Of a stretch of DNA of 4,791 nt, positions 1-4,791 are shown piece by piece (within the stretch, counting starts at the first letter, position 1; each line of letters starts with the position of its first letter). Source of the DNA: a virus (lineage: Duplodnaviria > Heunggongvirae > Uroviricota > Caudoviricetes). The stretch is from IMG/VR virus record IMGVR_UViG_2531839029_000017, one strand, 5' to 3'. The position numbers were made by a program, and so were the translations under genes. The notes under the pieces were generated by a model. That model saw only the letters and a program-made list of their open reading frames with translations. It ran no database searches and was not told the origin of the DNA.

Positions 1-72
1 ATCGGAAACGATGATCTGGCAGCCTGAGTTCACAGATAAAACACTCTCCAGGAAACCCGGGGCGGTTCAGAA

Positions 73-531
73 TTGCTTTTTAATTGTAGCAAAATTCAAC
101 CAGTTGAAAACAAGAAAGATGCTAATGAAACTTTAGAGTTAAAAATTATTGAGCTTCAGATGAAAATTAATAATTTAATCGTTGCATTGTCTGTCGCGCC
201 TGAAGTTACCGCTATAGCAGAGAAAATAAGACTATTAGATAAGGAATTACGAAGAGCTTTGGTATCATTGAAAACTTTGAAGAGTAAAGGTGTAAATTCA
301 TTCAGTGATTTTTATGCTATTGACTTAACCAGTAAAAATGGACGAGAGTTATGCCGTACACTTGCCTATAAAATATTCGAAAAAATCATAATTAATACGG
401 ATAATAAAACCTGTGATATCTATTTTATGAATGGCATTGTTTTTAAACACTATCCTTTAATGAAAGTAATATCCGCCCAGCAGGCGATAAGTGCTCTCAA
501 ATATATGGTTGATGGTGAGGTTTATTTTTGA
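73..531 (+). CDS. Hypothetical protein, unknown function, in AT-rich cargo segment; N-terminal half is coiled-coil-like. Start uncertain: TTG at 73 is the first start after an in-frame stop at 37-39, and the first in-frame ATG is at 160 (123-aa product).
   Basis: Six-frame ORF of 152 aa. Hand counts give about 22-25% G+C on lines 121-180 and 361-420 versus about 50% on line 1681-1740. No convincing Shine-Dalgarno before either start. No similarity that I recognise. Confidence 0.35.
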   Translation: MLFNCSKIQPVENKKDANETLELKIIELQMKINNLIVALSVAPEVTAIAEKIRLLDKELRRALVSLKTLKSKGVNSFSDFYAIDLTSKNGRELCRTLAYKIFEKIIINTDNKTCDIYFMNGIVFKHYPLMKVISAQQAISALKYMVDGEVYF

Positions 532-650
532 GTAATAATCACTTTTTCAACCGTGCTATGGTATGAAAGTAAAGTAACTACTATGATATTAACTATCGAG
601 CAAGAATATCCCCAGGCACTCAACAGGGCGCAGGTCAACGTGAATCGGTC

Positions 651-842
651 ATGACACGACACCGATTTTGCGGAATCAATGTTGCTTATGAATACAACAT
701 CCCGCTTAGTACATGTTCAACACATCAGCAAATTTTGAACTGGGTGTGGCACTTAACTGAAAAAACATGGATGACACAAAATGTTACTCGTCGCTTCATT
801 GAAGTAGCTTGTGGATATCACAAGCTAGACTATCGCCAATGA
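651..842 (+). CDS. Small hypothetical ORF (63 aa), possibly coupled to an upstream 22-aa ORF (583-654) through an ATGA overlap; may be non-coding or a gene remnant
   Basis: ORF track. ATG at 651 overlaps the TGA (652-654) of a short ORF starting at ATG 583. No recognisable motif. Confidence 0.2.
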   Translation: MTRHRFCGINVAYEYNIPLSTCSTHQQILNWVWHLTEKTWMTQNVTRRFIEVACGYHKLDYRQ

Positions 843-884
843 TATTCAATTTTTGATTTTTTAGTATCAACCTTCCATAATAAT

Positions 885-942
885 GTCACCGGAGCTTGAA
901 CAACTCCGGTGACTTCTGCGCATTTAAGGGGACTTAAATGCG
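885..942. terminator. Two adjacent perfect inverted repeats: 10-bp stem gtcaccggag/ctccggtgac with 9-nt loop (885-913) and 10-bp stem cgcatttaag/cttaaatgcg with 4-nt loop (919-942). Candidate terminator(s) or protein-binding palindromes at the cargo/nin-operon boundary.
   Basis: Read directly from the sequence. Intergenic position between the AT-rich segment and ybcN. No strong U-tract follows, so intrinsic-terminator function is uncertain. Confidence 0.35.
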
Positions 943-1032
943 ACCACAATCTGAACTCCTTACCTTGTCACAGATGCAGAAATGCACCTGCGATGTCTTG
1001 CATCCAGCGTTTGATCTCTGCGGAGGTGAAGC

Positions 1033-1488
1033 GTGAACCTCCCACAAGATGGCATCAAATTACATCGCGGTAACTTCACCGCTGTCGGTCAGCAGATCCA
1101 GACTTATCTGGAAGACGGCAAATGCTTTCGCATGGTGCTTAAACCGTGGCGCGAGAGACGCAGTCTTTCCCAGAATGCACTCAGCCACATGTGGTACAGC
1201 GAAATCAGTGAATACCTCATCAGCAGGGGGAAATCGTTCGCTACTTCAGCATGGGTAAAAGATGCTCTCAAACACACATACCTCGGTTATGAAACCAAGG
1301 ACCTGGTTGATGTCGTAACCGGCGAAATCACTACTATCCAGTCGTTACGCCATACCTCCGATCTTGGTACCGGAGAGATGTATGTCTTCCTGTGTAAGGT
1401 TGAAGCCTGGGCGATGAATATTGGCTGCCACCTGACTATTCCACAGAGCTGCGAGTTCCAGCTGCTGCGTGACAAGCAGGAGGCGTAA
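1033..1488 (+). CDS. ybcN: YbcN-family protein (DLP12-type nin-region protein, described as a DNA base-flipping protein)
   Basis: 151-aa ORF starting [15 protein letters not shown], near-identical to my recollection of E. coli K-12 DLP12 YbcN. GTG start at 1033 preceded by GGAGGTG (1022-1028). Lies immediately upstream of ninE, as in DLP12. Confidence 0.8.
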   Translation: MNLPQDGIKLHRGNFTAVGQQIQTYLEDGKCFRMVLKPWRERRSLSQNALSHMWYSEISEYLISRGKSFATSAWVKDALKHTYLGYETKDLVDVVTGEITTIQSLRHTSDLGTGEMYVFLCKVEAWAMNIGCHLTIPQSCEFQLLRDKQEA

Positions 1489-1658
1489 TGGCTACACCGC
1501 TTATTCGTGTCATGAACGGACACATCTACAAAGTACCAAATCGTCGTAAGCGTAAACCTGAGCTGAAGCCATCCGAAATACCAACACTGCTCGGATATAC
1601 CGCCAGCCTGGTTGATAAAAAATGGTTGCGACTGGCAGCAAGGAGGAATCATGGCTGA
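1488..1658 (+). CDS. ninE: NinE-family phage protein (56 aa)
   Basis: ATG at 1488 overlaps the ybcN stop TAA (1486-1488) by one base. Translation [56 protein letters not shown] matches recalled DLP12 NinE. Too short to appear in the supplied ORF track. Confidence 0.8.
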   Translation: MATPLIRVMNGHIYKVPNRRKRKPELKPSEIPTLLGYTASLVDKKWLRLAARRNHG

Positions 1659-1941
1659 TTTGAGAAAAGCAGCGCGTAGTCGGGAATGCCAAGTAAGAAT
1701 CCCTGGCGTATGTAATGGCAACCCTGAAACGTCTGTACTGGCACATATCCGGCTGACTGGATTGTGCGGCACCGGTACCAAACCGCCAGACTTGATTGCC
1801 ACCATTGCATGTTCTGCCTGCCACGACGAAATCGACCGCCGCACACATTTTGTCGATGCTGCATATGCAAAAGAATGCGCGCTGGAAGGTATGGCGAGAA
1901 CACAGGTTATCTGGCTGAAAGAGGGGGTTATTAAGGCGTGA
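1651..1941 (+). CDS. ybcO: YbcO-family putative nuclease (DUF1364-like, Cys-rich, 96 aa)
   Basis: [43 protein letters not shown]... matches recalled DLP12 YbcO. AGGAGG at 1641-1646 sits 4 nt upstream of ATG 1651. The track's longer start at 1612 is unlikely because it lies inside ninE with no SD. Confidence 0.8.
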
Positions 1942-2300
1942 ATACCTACAGCATCACATTACCCTGGCCTCCGAGCAATAATCGCTACTACCGGCATAAT
2001 CGCGGGCGCACGCACATCAGCGCAGAAGGGCAGGCATACCGTGATAACGTCGCCCGAATCATCAAAGGCTCCATGCTGGATATCGGCCTGGCTATGCCAG
2101 TGAAAATCCGTATTGAGTGCCACATGCCGGATCGCCGTCGCCGTGACCTGGATAATCTGCAAAAAGCCGCTTTTGACGCACTCACCAAAGCAGGTTTCTG
2201 GCTGGATGATGCTCAGGTCGTTGATTACCGTGTTGTGAAGATGCCCGTTACCAAAGGTGGGAAGCTGGAGCTGACCATCACCGAACTGGGGAATGAATGA
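1938..2300 (+). CDS. rusA: RusA Holliday-junction resolvase (endodeoxyribonuclease RusA, 120 aa)
   Basis: Translation [26 protein letters not shown]...[29 protein letters not shown] matches recalled E. coli RusA, including the acidic DxDN region. GTG start overlaps the ybcO stop (GTGA). Confidence 0.9.
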
Positions 2301-2437
2301 TGTTTGAGTCTTATATGGCAGAACGTCTTCGCCACCGCTGGATGCGCCTGCGCTTATATCGTTTTCCTGGTTCTGTTTTGACCGATTACCGGATACTGAA
2401 GAATTACGCCAAAACACTGAAAGGAGCTGCCGCATGA
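2297..2437 (+). CDS. ylcG: YlcG-family small phage protein (46 aa)
   Basis: ATG at 2297 overlaps the rusA stop (2298-2300). Translation [46 protein letters not shown]. Stop 2435-2437 overlaps the next gene's ATG (ATGA). Position between rusA and Q matches DLP12 ylcG. Below the ORF-track length cutoff. Confidence 0.6.
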
Positions 2438-3123
2438 ATACCCAATATTTACAGTATGTCCGCGAGCAACTCATTGTGGCTACCGCTGATTTGAGCGGAG
2501 CAACGAAAGGACAGCTTGAAGCCTGGCTGGAGCATGCACAATTTGATACTGGTACATACAAACGAAAGAAGCCGCGCATTCTGGATGAGGTAACTGGCAG
2601 GATGATTACGCTGGATAATCCGCCGATTTCCGGTAAGCAGTCGTACGCAAAAGGTTCATCCATTGCACTGGTCAGCCAGGTTGAGTTCTCAACCTCGTCA
2701 TGGCGCCGCGCGGTTCTGTCTCTCGAAGAACATCAGAAAGCGTGGTTGCTGTGGAGTTACAGCGAAAGTGTTCGCTGGGAACATCAGGTCACCATAACGC
2801 AGTGGGCATGGAGCGAGTTTAAGACTCTGTTGGGTACCAGGAAAATTGCAGGTAAGACACTGGAACGTTTGAAGAAGTTGATCTGGCTGGCGGCACAGGA
2901 TGTGAAGAACGAGCTGGCAGGGCGTAAGACCTATGAATACCAGGAGCTGGCATCACTGGTGGGAGTGACATCAAAAAACTGGTCTGAGACATTTACTGAA
3001 CGCTGGGTTGCAATGAAACACATTTTTCTACAGCTTGATAGCCAAGCTTTATTGCTTTTAACGAAAACACGTTCAAAACAAAAGACCACATTTTCACAGC
3101 AAGATATTGCAAAACTGGATTAA
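2434..3123 (+). CDS. Putative late-gene antitermination protein (Q-like), non-lambda family, 229 aa, no cysteines
   Basis: Occupies the Q slot: last gene of the nin operon, just upstream of a non-coding region with promoter and terminator hairpins and then the lysis genes. AAGGAG at 2421-2426 sits 7 nt before the ATG. Not similar to lambda Q as I recall it; family assignment is inferred from position. Confidence 0.5.
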   Translation: MNTQYLQYVREQLIVATADLSGATKGQLEAWLEHAQFDTGTYKRKKPRILDEVTGRMITLDNPPISGKQSYAKGSSIALVSQVEFSTSSWRRAVLSLEEHQKAWLLWSYSESVRWEHQVTITQWAWSEFKTLLGTRKIAGKTLERLKKLIWLAAQDVKNELAGRKTYEYQELASLVGVTSKNWSETFTERWVAMKHIFLQLDSQALLLLTKTRSKQKTTFSQQDIAKLD

Positions 3124-3135
3124 AAATCATATATT
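3107..3135 (+). promoter_or_regulatory. Candidate sigma70 late promoter (PR'-like): -35 TTGCAA (3107-3112), 17-bp spacer, -10 TATATT (3130-3135). An alternative is -35 TTGCCA (3154-3159) with -10 AGTAAT (3177-3182).
   Basis: Hexamer matches read by eye. By analogy with lambda, PR' and qut lie just downstream of Q. Not verified. Confidence 0.25.
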
Positions 3136-3191
3136 TTATGTAAATCTGATATTTTGCCAATGTTGTACGCACTGGCAGTAATCCAAATTCA

Positions 3192-3226
3192 AGCCCGAGG
3201 TTTAAAGCCTTGGGCTTTTCTGTTTC
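3192..3226 (+). terminator. Hairpin with 9-bp stem agcccgagg/ccttgggct (one G-U pair) and 7-nt loop, followed by TTTTCTGTTTC; candidate intrinsic terminator or 5' structure of the late leader RNA
   Basis: Read directly from the sequence. Lies in the Q-to-holin intergenic region. Confidence 0.4.
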
Positions 3227-3304
3227 TGAACGGTGAGTAGCCTTCCAACCTACCCCAGCCAGGGGGTCTTCAGCTGTTGAGTTGATATTGCTTAGCCCTC
3301 TGTT

Positions 3305-3330
3305 GCCAGCTACATGCTGGCTTTTTTATT
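3305..3330 (+). terminator. Intrinsic terminator candidate (tR'-like): 6-bp GC-rich stem gccagc/gctggc, 5-nt loop, then TTTTTTATT
   Basis: Perfect stem followed by a T-run. It is roughly 150-200 nt downstream of the candidate promoters, comparable to the approximately 194-nt lambda 6S transcript ended at tR'. Confidence 0.5.
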
Positions 3331-3432
3331 CCAGGCTTGTGGGGAGCATCAACTCCGTGCTTTGTCGTTAAATTACCCCGTGAGCCTGATTTCTGACATT
3401 TAACGTCCCGGCCTTTTGTCGGCGGCGAAACA

Positions 3433-3750
3433 TTGGCTATTCATATGCACGAAAAAGAGAGCCTTGCCGGAGCGTTCTGGCTCGTTTTGCTGATCATCGC
3501 AGGTTGGGGCGGTCTGGTCCGCTACCTGATAGATGTGAAGCAGAGTAAAGCAACGTGGAGTTGGATAAATGCTCTGGCTCAAATAGTGGTATCAGGATTC
3601 ACCGGTGTTATTGGTGGCCTGATCAGCATCGAAAGTGGATTCAGTATTTACATGATTCTCGCGACAGCGGGGATTAGTGGTGCGATGGGTTCGGTTGCAC
3701 TGACGTACTTCTGGGAACGACTGACAGGGGTGAAAAATGCAAAATCTTAA
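3433..3750 (+). CDS. Putative class I holin with three predicted TM segments and a charged C-terminal tail, not lambda S-like. Possible dual start: TTG 3433 and ATG 3445.
   Basis: Three hydrophobic stretches (AFWLVLLIIAGWGGLV, INALAQIVVSGFTGVIGGLI, FSIYMILATAGISGAMGSVALTYFW) followed by [11 protein letters not shown]. The 3' end overlaps the start of the endolysin gene by 14 nt, as lambda S/R do. Sits immediately downstream of the late terminator region. Confidence 0.55.
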   Translation: MAIHMHEKESLAGAFWLVLLIIAGWGGLVRYLIDVKQSKATWSWINALAQIVVSGFTGVIGGLISIESGFSIYMILATAGISGAMGSVALTYFWERLTGVKNAKS

Positions 3751-4213
3751 TCCTCAGCGTAAAGCCTTCCTCGATATGTTGGCGTGGTCAGAAGGAACGG
3801 ATAACGGGCGACAACCGACACGTAACCACGGTTATGATGTTATTGTTGGCGGCGAACTGTTTACTGATTACTCCGATCACCCTCGCAAACTTGTCACGCT
3901 ACACCCCAAACTCAAATCAACAGCCGCCGGACGTTATCAGCTTCTTTCACGCTGGTGGGATGCTTACCGTAAACAGCTTGGTTTGAAAGACTTCTCCCCC
4001 AAAAGCCAGGACGCAGTGGCATTGCAGCAGATTAAAGAGCGTGGTGCTTTACCTATGATTGATCGCGGTGATATCCGTCAGGCAATCGACCGTTGCAGTA
4101 ATATCTGGGCTTCACTGCCGGGCGCTGGTTATGGTCAGTTCGAGCATAAGGCTGACAGCCTGATTGCAAAATTCAAAGAAGCTGGCGGAACGGTCAGAGA
4201 GAGTGAGGTATGA
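3737..4213 (+). CDS. R: Endolysin, lambda R-type lytic transglycosylase (158 aa)
   Basis: Near-identical to recalled lambda R ([20 protein letters not shown]...[31 protein letters not shown]), including the catalytic Glu in the WSEGT motif. Only the first few residues and a few scattered positions differ. Confidence 0.95.
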   Translation: MQNLNPQRKAFLDMLAWSEGTDNGRQPTRNHGYDVIVGGELFTDYSDHPRKLVTLHPKLKSTAAGRYQLLSRWWDAYRKQLGLKDFSPKSQDAVALQQIKERGALPMIDRGDIRQAIDRCSNIWASLPGAGYGQFEHKADSLIAKFKEAGGTVRESEV

Positions 4214-4671
4214 GCAGAATAACCGCGATTATCTCCGCTCTGCTCATCTGCATCATCGTCTGCCTGTCATGGGCTGTTAATCATTACCGTGATAACGCCA
4301 TTACCTACAAAGCCCAGCGCGACAAAAATGCCAGAGAACTGAAGCTGGCGAACGTGGCAATTACTGACATGCAGATGCGTCAGCGTGATGTTGCTGCGCT
4401 CGATGCAAAATACACGAAGGAGTTAGCTGATGCGAAAGCTGAAAATGATGCTCTGCATGATGATGTTGCCGCTGGTCGTCGTCGGTTGCACATCAAAGCA
4501 GTCTGTCAGTCAGTGCGTGAAGCCACCACCGCCTCCGGCGTGGATAATGCAGCCTCCCCCCGACTGGCAGACACCGCTGAACGGGATTATTTCACCCTCA
4601 GAGAGAGGCTGATCACTATGCAAAAACAACTGGAAGGAACCCAGAAGTATATTAATGAGCAGTGCAGATAG
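4210..4671 (+). CDS. Rz: Rz inner-membrane spanin (i-spanin), 153 aa
   Basis: Near-identical to recalled lambda Rz ([47 protein letters not shown]...YINEQCR). N-terminal TM segment. ATG overlaps the R stop (ATGA). Confidence 0.95.
   Translation: MSRITAIISALLICIIVCLSWAVNHYRDNAITYKAQRDKNARELKLANVAITDMQMRQRDVAALDAKYTKELADAKAENDALHDDVAAGRRRLHIKAVCQSVREATTASGVDNAASPRLADTAERDYFTLRERLITMQKQLEGTQKYINEQCR
4430..4612 (+). CDS. Rz1: Rz1 outer-membrane lipoprotein spanin (o-spanin), 60 aa, embedded in the +1 frame of Rz
   Basis: Translation [24 protein letters not shown]...[29 protein letters not shown] matches recalled lambda Rz1. Lipobox VVGC and proline-rich region. AAGGAG at 4417-4422 sits 7 nt before the ATG. 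Confidence 0.9.
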   Translation: MRKLKMMLCMMMLPLVVVGCTSKQSVSQCVKPPPPPAWIMQPPPDWQTPLNGIISPSERG

Positions 4672-4696
4672 AGCTGCCCATATCGATGGGCAGCTC
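4671..4696. other. Perfect 10-bp inverted repeat gagctgccca/tgggcagctc with a 6-nt loop, between the convergent Rz and bor genes; possible bidirectional terminator or RNA processing site
   Basis: Read directly from the sequence. Begins at the last base of the Rz stop codon. No strong T-tract on either side. Confidence 0.3.
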
Positions 4697-4702
4697 ATGC
4701 AA

Positions 4703-4791
4703 TTATTGTGAGCAATACACACGCGCTTCCAGCGGAGTATAAATGCCTAAAGTAATAAAACCGAGCAATCCATTTACGAATGTTTGCTGGG
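4703..4791 (-). CDS. bor: Bor lipoprotein (Iss-family serum-resistance lipoprotein), C-terminal 28 codons only; the 5' part lies beyond the window end
   Basis: The reverse complement of 4703-4789 translates to QQTFVNGLLGFITLGIYTPLEARVYCSQ-stop, matching the recalled C-terminus of lambda Bor. Convergent position directly after Rz, as in lambda. Confidence 0.75.
   Translation of the reverse strand, partial: QQTFVNGLLGFITLGIYTPLEARVYCSQ

Noticed and set aside
2-136. Open frame running from the window edge to a TAG at 134-136 (frame 2), and a short frame-1 tail ending at TGA 25-27; either could be the 3' end of an upstream gene
   Set aside because: Too little sequence to identify the upstream gene or decide which frame is real. 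Part of the frame-2 stretch lies in AT-rich DNA and is short enough to be open by chance. Noted only because it affects the start choice for the 152-aa ORF.
1049-1258. Plus-strand 69-aa ORF in an alternative frame inside ybcN
   Set aside because: Completely nested in the ybcN frame, with no SD and a low-complexity Ser/Arg/Ala-rich translation typical of an out-of-frame read.
1612-1650. Longer start for ybcO at 1612, as given in the ORF track
   Set aside because: That start lies inside ninE with no ribosome-binding site. The ATG at 1651 has a consensus AGGAGG 4 nt upstream and gives the expected 96-aa product.
1287-2663. Minus-strand ORFs 1287-1844, 1510-1848, 1649-1903, 1959-2663 and 1988-2188
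   Set aside because: All are antisense to well-supported plus-strand genes (ybcN, ninE, ybcO, rusA, ylcG, Q-like) that have ribosome-binding sites and recognisable products. They are most likely chance open frames in GC-balanced coding DNA.
3124-3432. Possible toxin or tRNA cargo between Q and the holin, as in Stx phages
   Set aside because: The gap is only about 300 bp with no ORF. I could find no cloverleaf-like tRNA by eye; the hairpins present are better explained as terminators.
3400-3582. Minus-strand 60-aa ORF overlapping the start of the holin gene
   Set aside because: Antisense to the holin candidate and spanning the upstream non-coding region. No start signals and no recognisable product.
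4510-4722. Minus-strand 70-aa ORF overlapping Rz and Rz1
   Set aside because: Antisense to Rz/Rz1, with a Gly/Cys-rich translation that mirrors the proline-rich Rz1 region. The real minus-strand gene at this end is bor, in a different frame starting from 4703.
1-4791. CRISPR array, integrase or transposase, insertion-sequence ends
   Set aside because: No regularly spaced direct repeats, no long terminal inverted repeats, and no ORF with recombinase-like features anywhere in the window.

Overview
This window is the interior of a lambdoid (lambda/DLP12-like) prophage on the + strand, running from the end of the replication region to the start of bor. In order: (1) an AT-rich segment (about 73-850) with an unrecognised 152-aa ORF and small ORFs; (2) two adjacent perfect palindromes (885-942); (3) a tightly overlapping nin-region operon ybcN-ninE-ybcO-rusA-ylcG; (4) a 229-aa cysteine-free protein in the Q antiterminator position; (5) a 300-bp non-coding late-promoter region with two terminator-like hairpins; (6) a lysis cassette with a non-lambda 3-TM holin candidate followed by lambda-type R, Rz and embedded Rz1; (7) the 3' end of bor on the minus strand, truncated by the window edge. 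Protein identifications rest on recalled sequences of lambda and E. coli K-12 DLP12 proteins, not on a database search. I found no CRISPR array, tRNA, rRNA or integrase/transposase. The only candidate for something undescribed is the AT-rich cargo at 73-850, and that could equally be a decayed gene remnant. The rest is conventional but mosaic phage architecture.
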